DNA from: Podarcis vaucheri
Taxonomy: Eukaryota
Assembly (NCBI GenBank): GCA_965113315.1
Contig: OZ220367.1
DNA length: 64,000 nucleotides
Reading direction: 5' to 3' (one strand)
Shown piece after piece: positions 39,557 to 50,353 of the stretch. The position numbers and the translations under genes were made by a program. The notes under the pieces are model-generated. The model made no database searches. It was not told the DNA's origin and was given only the letters and a program-made list of their open reading frames with translations. The stretch's first letter is position 1; every line of letters begins with the position of its first letter.

Positions 39557-39756
39557 CACTGGCGGAGGAAGAGAAGTGTGGGAGGAGTGCACCGCCCCCG
39601 GCAGTGTGATCCCGGTGGGTGCCATCGCGGCTGCCCCCCTGCCTGCACTGGGCACCATGCCCCCACAGGCGGCATGCCACACCCCCAGAACGCACGCCAG
39701 CCCCGCCCCTGCCTGCTCTCCGCCCCCCGGTGCTGGAGCATGAAGCTCCGCCACTG
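39557..39756. mobile_element. GC-rich 200-bp hAT-type MITE
   Basis: TIRs cactggcggag / ctccgccactg. Perfect 8-bp TSD cttctatg at 39549-39556 and 39757-39764. Confidence 0.9.
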
Positions 39757-41441
39757 CTTCTATGCAAGAGTAATGGGAAGTGGTCAAAGGTACCCACTAA
39801 ACATTTGAAGTACATGACTTCCCCTAAAGTACATGACTTCCCGTAAAGATTCCTCGAAACTTTAGCTGTAGCTCTGTAGGAGGGCAGCTACAGTTCCCAA
39901 GATTATTTGGGAGAAGTCTTACACTTTAAATGCATGGAGCCAAAATAAAGGCCACCATAGGTTACACCTCCATGTGGAAATTCTGCAATGCATAATAAGC
40001 AGTGCTGTATACCTGCCATGTGTACATAGATCAAGCAGATGTTGCTTGCAAAAGTTCTCTATCTCATATACTTGCACATCACATACTGATGCTGTCCTTT
40101 CATGAGTGAGAATGATTGTTGTGAATTTTAGGGTCATTTTACTAAATAAAAGGACAATAGGAAGTTTAAGGAGTGGCTGGATGTCCAGCCTTATTTCCCC
40201 CCCCCCAACAAATTTGCCCTCTCCTGAGCAAAGGAGAACATAATATACGTTTGCATTCAAAGAAGAAAATAGAACTGTTTTTCAGAAAAGAAACACATTG
40301 CTTTCTCGATTCCTTCTAGGTCCCTATGGGACTATCCAGACAGGGAATTTATTTACCAACGGGATATTGAGATATCACAAATGGATCAATGGCAACAGCT
40401 TTATCCTTTATGCAATATCACACACACAAGCCCCCCTAATATTGGATCTTTCCCAGAAACGGAAAATCTAGATTAAAGGGAGGGTGGGATAGTGATATTG
40501 GTTGAAATGTTGATGCCAACAGTGTTGTGTGGATCCTGCAAAAAAAAATATGCATATCTGAGGAGCACTGATTCACACATACATGGCTGGAAGCTGGAAG
40601 CATATTTGATCTCAAAGATATAGCCTGCAGGCCAATTTGGAATGACTTTGCTTTTCCAATGAGTTCAGCCAAGTAATACCTCTTCTTTATTTACTGTCCA
40701 AGAAAATCTCAGCTGCACCCTGTTGATGCCAGCTACCAGGCCTTACTAACCAGAATGCTACTGTCTGCAAACTGGTAACAGCAGCTGAAGGTTAAGACGA
40801 TGGCATAAACCATCAATAACCCTTGTGTGTAAGGGAGTGCATCTAAATTCCAAGAATCACTTTTTAAATTGGCAGCCAATTTTGTATTAACTGAAAAGCC
40901 TATTAGCTCACCTTTCTTCTGTTCTGGTTCAAGTTTAGATTAGGAATATAACTGAATGTTTGTCCCTTTAGTTATGGCCACACACATAAGAATCAAGGCC
41001 TATTGGTCTGAAAGCTTGCCTGATAGCAATACAATCTTGCTATTCCTCAAGAGGTCAAGGGTGGTTGCAGAATACGTGGATCACTTGTACAGCACATAAC
41101 AAGGAATTCAGTATCCATGCATTACTAGCACAGCAAAGAATCACACCACCTGCTTGACCCACAAGATTGCTCTCTAAGGCACATTACTGGAGCAATGTAC
41201 GATACATAAGAAAGTAAGCTTGCATACTGCTCTGGAAAGATGTGAATTAGCTCCAAGGTGCCTTCCAAAGAACAGCTGTTGTAACTTGAAAACTTATATA
41301 CTCTTTCAGGAAAGAGAGAAAAATAATAATAATTCCTTTACGTGTTTTGCATCTTTCCAAGTTGCAAGGGATGTCAAAGGACTCTAGGTCATTCAAGTAA
41401 AGGGGCGGGGTAGGTTTTGCACACCTAAATTCGGTGCATAC

Positions 41442-41519
41442 CTGCCTGAGTGCATTCTTCTCGGGAATGATCTTCCTGGGGGGCTCGTCATTGTTACAGT
41501 CTTCTCTCTCAGATGAATT
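41442..41519 (-). CDS. BTRC: BTRC coding exon (equivalent to human exon 3), 78 bp, phase 0/0: NSSEREDCNNDEPPRKIIPEKNALRQ
   Basis: Manual translation of the minus strand matches the recalled human beta-TrCP1 segment NSSEREDCNNGEPPRKIIPEKNSLRQ with 2 substitutions. Acceptor ccttttcccctctcatctgcatag, donor gtatgc. Confidence 0.96.
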
Positions 41520-42003
41520 CTATGCAGATGAGAGGGGAAAAGGTGGAAATCATTAATTCAGATATTTTCCTTTCAACACTGATCTAAGAAAGCAAAAAAT
41601 CTGATGTTTTCAGCAACATTACCTATGAGATTTCACTTCCTTAGAATTCTTTTTGTTAAGAGGCGTCAATATTTTTTATTTTGTCTGGCACGCAATTGGA
41701 TAAATTGGAATGAGGGTCTGCCATAGGCATAGCCTGTGACATATCCAGTATCATGGAAAACAGCAAGCAACAATAAACAGACCCTAGACATAATCCTTCA
41801 TGACAGATACCCGTCTAATTAAACAAGACTTTCAAAATATTACAAAGTCAGATTTTTTGTATTCCCAGCGTGTGTCCAAGCACTTCCATAATGCTGGATC
41901 TGAATTCTTCTACATAACTAAAGTGGGATGCCCTGGCTCACAACAATACTAGGGTTTAATACAATGGAATTACTTACACTTCAATGACTTTGATAATGAA
42001 CGT

Positions 42004-42665
42004 TAAGAACCTAAGAAGAGCCTGCTGAACATTCAACTTCATTGGATATCCATGACTTCCAGTGTTATGGAAGAGGGAGAACAACTTTTTTCTATCTATT
42101 TATAAACTTCATGTCACCTCTTATTTGCCTTCTCTCTAAATTGGGAAATCCCAACTACCACAATCATTTTGGTTGCCTTTTTCTGAACCTCTTCCAACTC
42201 TACAAGGTCTTATTTCGTGTGAGGAAACTAGCACTGCACACAGTATTCCAAATGTGGCGGTGCCATAGATTTGTATAACCACCTTATTTGATTTCAATTC
42301 CCTTCCTAATGCTCCCTAGCATTGAATTTGCCTTTTTCACAGCTGCTGCACACTGAGGTCAACATCTTCATTGAGATATCCACTAGGACCCCTCATTCCT
42401 GGTCAGCCACAGAAAGATCCCCTGATAATTTATGTGAAATTATGATTCTTATTCTTTTGCCCTGACTTTACACTTTGCATTGAACTGCATTTTCCATTTT
42501 ACTGACCACTCACTCAGTTTGGAGATGTCCTTTTGGAGCTCTTCACATTTTCTTTTTGTTTTAACAACCCTGAGCAATTTAGCATCATCAGCAAATTTGG
42601 CCACCTCTCTGCTCACTCCTAACTCTAGATCATTTATGATCAAGTTATAAACAGGTCCTAATACT
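42004..42665 (-). mobile_element. CR1 LINE fragment (RT domain to 3' end, with deletions)
   Basis: ORF 42449-42643 reads INDLELGVSREVAKFADDAKL...ELQKD.SKL.EW..KW.MQFN.KCKV; taagaac/taagaagagcctgctg tail. Confidence 0.9.
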
Positions 42666-42779
42666 TATCCTTAATGTTTCCATTAAGATCCAAAAGCTTG
42701 GACAAATAAAAATGTCTTCAGCCTTTATTTAAATGTATCAACTATGGGTGCCAACCAAATGTTGTTTAGGAAAAACAGA

Positions 42780-42950
42780 CTACCTTGGATGGTGGTGGAC
42801 TCTCTTTCATTGTAAGTTTTTAAAAAGGTGTTAGCTAGCCATCTGCCAGGCATTCTTTAGTTGTGTTTCCTGCACTGCAGGGGGTTGGACTAGATTAGAA
42901 TGATCCTTGAATCACTTCCACCTCTACAATTCTATTTTTCTGTGATTGTA
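42780..42950 (+). mobile_element. CR1 LINE 3' end
   Basis: tcctgcactgcagggggttggactagat...ctctacaattctat...ctgtgatt. Confidence 0.75.
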
Positions 42951-42954
42951 TAAA

Positions 42955-43135
42955 TGGGCACAGTCACTAAGAATGACTTGTCACATGTCATTGTCCAAAC
43001 AGCCACTTCCACAAATGGGTCAGAAAGCAAGGCATTGCCCACTGATCGTAATACATGGTTTGGGTAGTTATTTGGGAGACACTCCTTTAGGTACTTGAAT
43101 CCAGAGTTGTTCCAGGCTTTATATGCTAGCAACTG
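42955..43135 (-). mobile_element. L2 ORF2 fragment
   Basis: ORF LAYKAWNNSGFKYLKECL...YP.HVLRS resembles the L2 C-terminal motif. Confidence 0.6.
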
Positions 43136-45740
43136 TATGTTACAAAATTAAGGATCACAATGTCAAAAAAATATTTTTATGGGACTTAGAAATGTAGCAT
43201 GCAAACAGCTCCTGGAAGCAGTGACTTTGTGGAAAGACCAAAATTAGTCCTGTGAGTTGCAACCTAAATACTAAGAGGAACACAGAGGAACTCCCAAATA
43301 CCATGCCACTGTTACAATATAGTTTAGTAAGCTGATATATTTGCTACATACTGACACTAGCTGTTCCAGAAGCTCTTTTACAGTTGAAGACTTTGGTATA
43401 AATAAAGAACGTTATATAGGATATAAAAACAGACAGGATTTCTACCCAACAGGTATTTTGGCTAACCCAAATGGTAAAGACTGAGTTACCATGAATGGAG
43501 TCTGGATAGGAAAGGGTAGACAAAGCACCATCCATTGTCTTGGTCAATCTACTTATAGAGTATGTTTTAAGGAAGGATCTGAAACTGGAAACAGACTAAT
43601 GATGAAGGACATAGTCCATGAAAAGGTTAAAATATGGGTGGGAAATATGGAATTAATAACACAAGTAGAGAAGAAGAAAAAGTAAAACTAGTACATACAT
43701 TATACTTTTAGGGTGGTGCCTGAATACAGTACTAACAAGTGGCAGCACCAAGAATAATACAGTAACATATATTTGAAGCGCATGCTCCCTTTTTTCTCTC
43801 TCCTTCGCCTTCCTTCTAGGATAAATGCATTACCAAATGCCATGGAATTCAACAGCCTTTATGTTGCCTGTCCCAACATGCTTCAAGTTTACCAATTTCT
43901 TCCTTGAAACTAAACAGCTAATTTGAAACCTTTGTTTTATTCATTATCTTTATAGGTGGCAAGACTAAGAGGTTGGCTGAACAAAGACCAGACAATGACT
44001 GCCAAGTGCATATGGTGGCTCACAGCTTGCCGTCGCCCCATTCTACTGCACCAACACAGCAGACTATTAAAAAGGAGCGCTGCTCATGCACTTTTGTCAG
44101 CAAGTTAAGTTACGCTTGGCAAAGGATGAAAACTGGAAAAGATTATGCTCCTTAAGAAGCAGCAAAGATGGAACCGATTGCTTGGAAACTGGAAATCTTG
44201 TTTCCATGTGGACAACAAGCTTTAGAACACAGAAAATTCTTTGCAATCTTTAGATTCCGCTATGCATTTTAAAAATAAAATAAATAAGTACATCTGCAGG
44301 CCTCACTGAACTGCTCATCAGGTCTCATAGCACTATTTGGGGCCTAGGGTCTGGGCCCTTGGGAGCAAAAATTAGGAATTGCTGGTGCCCTCTATTGACC
44401 AATAAAGGAATGTTTTAAGTGAAATTCTAAAACTGTGAATACAGAATACAGCATCAAGGAAATCAAAACTGCAGTAAAATCACATGGGAGGGAGAAAGCA
44501 GAAGCCTCCCCATAGCCCACCCCAAAAGATGTGGGTGAAAACGCTGAGAGCTCTTGCTTGTACTAGATTGAATGCTTTCTTTTCACCAGGCTGCTCTCAT
44601 TTGACAAATATTTTTACAAAAGCAAGATATGTGGAATCTCTCTCACAAGCAGTACAATTTCAGGCATGAAGCACAAGGCACAATTAATCAGGTCTTTTTT
44701 GAGACCAGTTTACCTCATAGTATGTGCTCTGGTAATCTTCCCCCACGTCTAGCACTCAGCAAGCCAACATTTCCAGAATGACAGCTCAACCCTTGAGCTC
44801 AACCCACATGGTATTGGTTGAAGGTAATGTTTGGAATTATCCCATGATAACCAAATGCTTATCAGAAAGACAGTGGGATTATGTGGGGCAGTGAAGTATG
44901 GAGGACACACAAAAAAATCCCACAATAAAAATGCCTCCTATAAGCAAGCATTGGATATGTAACATAACTGTAAGGAAAGTCTGAAAAGAAGTATGAGCTT
45001 CTTTGGCCTCTCTTGTGAAACAACATTTCCATGGAACTTAATCAGGATTCTAGTACAGAAAATTCTGGGAAAGCTGAGCATGTGAATGGGGTTTGAAATC
45101 CTCATTCTTATCTTAACAGTTAGGCACACTTGAACTATCAGCAGCAAGGTAAAGATCACTTCTCTTTTACAATGCTAACAGGAGCATGTTTTTGAGACAA
45201 TCCTATGTTCTAATCTTAGACAGTTAAGTGTCTAAAAGAGACCCGTGACAAATCCCATTTGTGTGAGAAGACTTGTAATTAACAGAATTCACTTGCATGG
45301 CAACATAGCTACCCAACGCCCGGTACTACCCCTAAACCCAATACACAATTTATTAATATCAATGACATAGGAAACTCAGCCGCCACCCCTACCTAAAATG
45401 TCCTCATAGTTGCACTGAAGCAACTTAACTGTGCTATTGCAACTTTCATGCCTATAAACCATCCAAACAAATGCTGGAATCAAATGCAATGGATGGATGA
45501 AAGCATTCCAAAGGACTATCAGCTGAACAGAACCACCTTTTTAGACAGCCCCTCATCTCACAATAGATATCACAATAACCATGCCAACTACGGAGATGCT
45601 TTTCTTCTTCTTCTCAGGGTGGGAGGAGGAAAAGACTGTACTTGCCAGCACTAATTATAAAGCCATACAGATGCAGCACTTTTTCAAATGTCTATCTGTG
45701 TGTGAGAGAGGAACCATGTCTATGCAGAGAGCACTTTTTA

Positions 45741-45952
45741 NNNNNNNNNNNNNNNNNNNNNNNNNNNNNNNNNNNNNNNNNNNNNNNNNNNNNNNNNNNN
45801 NNNNNNNNNNNNNNNNNNNNNNNNNNNNNNNNNNNNNNNNNNNNNNNNNNNNNNNNNNNNNNNNNNNNNNNNNNNNNNNNNNNNNNNNNNNNNNNNNNNN
45901 NNNNNNNNNNNNNNNNNNNNNNNNNNNNNNNNNNNNNNNNNNNNNNNNNNNN
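45741..45952. promoter_or_regulatory. Masked block (212 N), candidate ultraconserved element
   Basis: First of three blocks within 826 bp in a repeat-free stretch. Confidence 0.55.
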
Positions 45953-46034
45953 AAAAGGAGTTCATTTCTGGGCCTTGTGCGTTCATGCTAGTATGCAGAA
46001 ACTGATTAATTGTCGTCGTGTGCTGGTCGGCTGT

Positions 46035-46342
46035 NNNNNNNNNNNNNNNNNNNNNNNNNNNNNNNNNNNNNNNNNNNNNNNNNNNNNNNNNNNNNNNNNN
46101 NNNNNNNNNNNNNNNNNNNNNNNNNNNNNNNNNNNNNNNNNNNNNNNNNNNNNNNNNNNNNNNNNNNNNNNNNNNNNNNNNNNNNNNNNNNNNNNNNNNN
46201 NNNNNNNNNNNNNNNNNNNNNNNNNNNNNNNNNNNNNNNNNNNNNNNNNNNNNNNNNNNNNNNNNNNNNNNNNNNNNNNNNNNNNNNNNNNNNNNNNNNN
46301 NNNNNNNNNNNNNNNNNNNNNNNNNNNNNNNNNNNNNNNNNN
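46035..46342. promoter_or_regulatory. Masked block (308 N), candidate ultraconserved element
   Basis: The 82-bp spacer before it has TGATTAATTG and several CpGs. Confidence 0.55.
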
Positions 46343-46386
46343 ACAGCTGAGCATCTCCTTTGCACAAAGCCCCCAAGCGCAAGGCT

Positions 46387-46566
46387 NNNNNNNNNNNNNN
46401 NNNNNNNNNNNNNNNNNNNNNNNNNNNNNNNNNNNNNNNNNNNNNNNNNNNNNNNNNNNNNNNNNNNNNNNNNNNNNNNNNNNNNNNNNNNNNNNNNNNN
46501 NNNNNNNNNNNNNNNNNNNNNNNNNNNNNNNNNNNNNNNNNNNNNNNNNNNNNNNNNNNNNNNNNN
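46387..46566. promoter_or_regulatory. Masked block (180 N), candidate conserved element
   Basis: Separated from the previous block by only 44 readable bases. Confidence 0.5.
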
Positions 46567-47888
46567 GGAAAAATATATATTGTTTATGCAGGCAAAACAC
46601 TTGTCATTATCCCAGAGGCCAGAATTGGTCTTTAAAACATCCTATTGCCTTTAAAACCTGCAACCAATAAGGAAAATTGCATGCTTGCTTTTGGGGGAGA
46701 AAAGCAGTTACAAATGTCTTGTCATGTGCATTCCCTATTTTAGCAGAGCTTCTGGTGACAAACAAATCTCTTCCAAACAAGTAGGACTTATGCAAGCCAA
46801 TGTATATGAATAGACAAGGATATCTGGAACAGGGGCAGAGGGAGATGAGAAGAGAAATGAAATGAGCTGGTAGGGATTAAACATGTATAGCCTGACATGA
46901 GCATTTCTGGTCTATAAAACTGAGACACAGCAGCAGCAGAGTCAGTTTGCAACTAATTCCGTAAGTACCTCAAGGACAATCTATAAGGTCAAACACAACA
47001 TTCTAGGCACTTTGGCAGGCTGATGTTAGGTTTCCTGGTAGTCCAGGGGAGAGGCTTTTGTGCCCAAATTGGATTTCATAATCTTGTGGGACACTGCAGG
47101 GGATAAGTAAGTAAGGGCTGAAAAAATTCATTTGAATTACTTTTGCGACTCTGCCACAGTATGGATTAAAGAGAAGGAGGGAAATAAATGCCAATCTAAT
47201 GGTTGCAGGAGAGTAAAATTCCTATAGTCCCTTTCCAATAACCTTTGTAAGTGATAGATGAGTCCAAGAGCCTTGCAACTGTAAAGGGACCGTCAGCATC
47301 CCGATTTCATAAATGCAGTTTGGCAGATTATAAATCTCAGCTCCTTCAAAAAGCACTGGTATGAAAACTGACATAGCTCGTGCAAAAGAAAATGTAAACT
47401 TCTTTACAAAAATTATGGGCTCAACACCCAATTAAATCATTTAACAGACTCCATTCTCTCATCTCAAGAAAAATAACACACTTATGGCCAAAACACAACT
47501 TTTGCAATGTTAAGGTTTTGAAGATAAGAATCAGGAAGCAATGCCAAACAGAAACAAACCTCAGACTAGTTCACCAAACTATAGAGAATGTCTTGAGCCC
47601 TGAAGATTATCCCCAACAAGAGAACTGTGTCAATGATCTGCTCTCTGAACATTCAAACACACTGCAACAAACCAGCGATGCATACTGCATTTTCCTAGCT
47701 TTTAAGAAGTTTCATGTAACTGAAGATTTTATTTGTAAGAGGCTTATGTTTACACAAATATGGCAGTAATTTACATTATCATCAATTAAAGGGAGAATGT
47801 GGGAATGTAAAAATCTTTACAGGTAGTCTCCCTAGTCATCTGATCCAGTGCTATAGGAAATGAGTTTGTTTCCTACAAATGAAAAATA

Positions 47889-48234
47889 CAGTGGTGCCTC
47901 GCAAGACGAAATTAATCTGTTTCGTGAGTATCTTCGTCTAGCGGTTTTTTCGTCTTGCGAAGCAACCCTATTAGCGGCTTAGCGGATTAGCACTATTAGC
48001 GGTTTAGCGGCTATTAAAGGCTTAGCAGCTTAGCTGCTAAAAGGCTATTAAAGGCTTAGCGGCTTAGAAAAAGGGGGGGGAGCGAAAAAAAATCTCAAGA
48101 CTCGCAAGACATTTTCGTCTTGCGAAGCAAGCCCATAGGGAAATTCGTCCTGCGAAGCGCATTGAAAAACGGAAAACCCTTTCGTCTAGCGGGTTTTCCG
48201 TCTTGCGAGGCATTCGTCTTGCGGGGCACCACTG
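47889..48234. mobile_element. Tc1/mariner (Tigger-like) MITE with an internal TTAGCGGC-like tandem array
   Basis: TIRs cagtggtgcctcgcaagacgaa / ttcgtcttgcggggcaccactg with TA flanks. Confidence 0.92.
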
Positions 48235-49439
48235 TACAGGCACTCATGTGTCTAACTCTAGCTTTTAAGGCAAGTTTTAAAGAAACAAATAAGCAATTCC
48301 TATAAAGCTGGTGGAAGGGGACAATATGAAACTGTACTTTTCTTACCATGCTGAAGCATAGTATTGACTTCATAATATAACCTATCTATTTATTATTTTG
48401 AGCAATATCTAAAAATTCTACAACAGCATGTGTCACTGCAGAGATGGGCATCAAAACTTCACCAAAACACAAAGCAAAGTCAATGGCCACTTCTTTTTCT
48501 TAATTTCAAATTATTCATTTATTGAAAAGATTACAGTTAAAATACTTCAGTATCATACAACGGCATGTATAAAAGCCCATGTGCGTGAAAATGATAAAAG
48601 ATTTTCAGAATCATCTAAAATTAATATAGCCAGATTCTTGTAAAATAAAAAGCAACCTAGATTATTTTAAAAGCAGTAAGTTTTATCTATTAAACATAGT
48701 CTATGAAAGAAGGAAGTCCTCCTGACTCATATTTATTTCCTAGGAATTTAATAGGAATCAAAAGTGGTACATTTTAAAATATTCACAGTTTTAAACCTTG
48801 AAAGCTAGTTAACTAGTTCACTTTGGTAGCATCTTATTTATGCAAGTATATATCCAGAGAGCTTCTGAGTATAATTTTCCACATATTAAGTGAAGAACAT
48901 TTGCTTCTGCTAATCAGGACATCTGGTTATTTTTATAACTCAGACATCTGCATTAAGCGGAGCTGTTTCTTAATTTTCCTAACAAGTTAAGATTAGAACT
49001 ACAGAAATATTAAGGAATTGTTTGTGGGTTTTCTTTTTAAATACAGTATGTATTTTTAGTACCTTTTTTGACTATACAATTTTATGGCTAAAGGACATTG
49101 GACCATATTTACCAACACATTTTTAGAATAATATGACAATAGGTAAACTGCAATACCAACCAATAAATGTTTATAAGTTACTATCTATTGACATCTCTAT
49201 TTCTATTCTCTGCATTGCTCATATGTTCTCCCCTACTGTGTTGTCGCTTCCCCCCAAAGTTACTCTTTGAAGTTTTATGTAAATCCAGCTTTGGCCTTCT
49301 ATAATTGCAAAATGTTGGAAGGTACAATTTGTGGGCTCTGCTTTAACTTGAAACAATGCTACATCAAAGAGGGAAACCAGGTCATATGCAACTGGAATGA
49401 ATCTTTCCTTGTTTGCTCCACTTTCATATCTTTGTTTAC

Positions 49440-49687
49440 CAAAGGTCAGCAAACTTTTCCAGCAGGGGGCCGGTCCACTGTCCCTCAGACCTTGTGGGGG
49501 GCCGGACTATATTTTGGAAAAAAATAATGAACGAATTCCTATGCCCCACAAATAAAGAGATGCATGTTAAATAAAAGGACACATTCTACTCATGTAAAAA
49601 CACGCTGATTCCCGGACCATCTGTGGGCTGAATTTAGAAGGCGATTGGGCCGGATCCAGCCCCCGGGCCTTAGTTTGCCTATCCATG
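49440..49687. mobile_element. hAT (Charlie-like) MITE
   Basis: caaaggtcagcaaact / agtttgcctatccatg ends, ggccgg subterminal motifs, gtttaaac target-like site on the right. Confidence 0.75.
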
Positions 49688-50127
49688 GTTTAAACACACC
49701 AGACTTTTAAAATGCTGGATTCCAGCATAGAAGAAGCATCAAATTCAAGAATTGGTCACTTTCATTCTCCCCTCTGCAATGTAATTTAAAACTTTCATGA
49801 AGAAAACAAGTTGTCTAAGAACACTTTCCGAGTAGAGAAAGAACAGCACAAAAACAGACTTTGAACCAATAGTGAGATGTCACAGGGGTATCAAAAACAT
49901 ATTTCTATCACTAACAAGAGGCAGCAGGAGTCAAAAGGTCTGGGGAGGCATTCTTTTTTAAACACTTTATTTATTAAAATTCTCTAGACACAGATTCTTT
50001 TCAATATTATAGCTTAATCTGCATGGGAGCTGCAGGCACTTGAAAAATGCATTATAAGGTAGGCTAGCTTCACTGTACATTCTGTATCAATCTTTCCAGA
50101 TACAGTTTTCTAACTTGTACTCCAATA

Positions 50128-50353
50128 CAGTGGTACCTCTGGTTACGAGCGCTTCAAGTTACGAGCTCCGCTAACCCAGAAGTAGCTGCTCCTGGTTGCG
50201 AACTTTGCCCCAGGATGCGAATGGAAATCGCGCGATGGAGGCGCGCATGCAGCAGGAAGCCCCATTTGTGGAAGCACGCCTCGTGATAAGAACGGTTTCA
50301 GTTTAAGAATGGACCTCTGGAACGAATTAAGTTCGTAACCAGAGGTACTACTG
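50128..50353. mobile_element. Tc1/mariner (Tigger-like) MITE
   Basis: TIRs cagtggtacctctggttacga / tcgtaaccagaggtactactg with TA flanks. Confidence 0.92.

Noticed and set aside
39517-39846. Five overlapping GC-rich ORFs / apparent CpG island
   Set aside because: Explained by a 200-bp hAT MITE with TIRs and a TSD. Not a gene or promoter.
45448-46670. Long ORFs in the track (up to 342 aa) here and around the other N blocks
   Set aside because: Artefacts: N codons translate as X and cannot be stops.
47970-48067. Short repeated units resembling a telomeric or CRISPR-like array
   Set aside because: Degenerate TTAGCGGC units inside a MITE, with no unique spacers and not TTAGGG.
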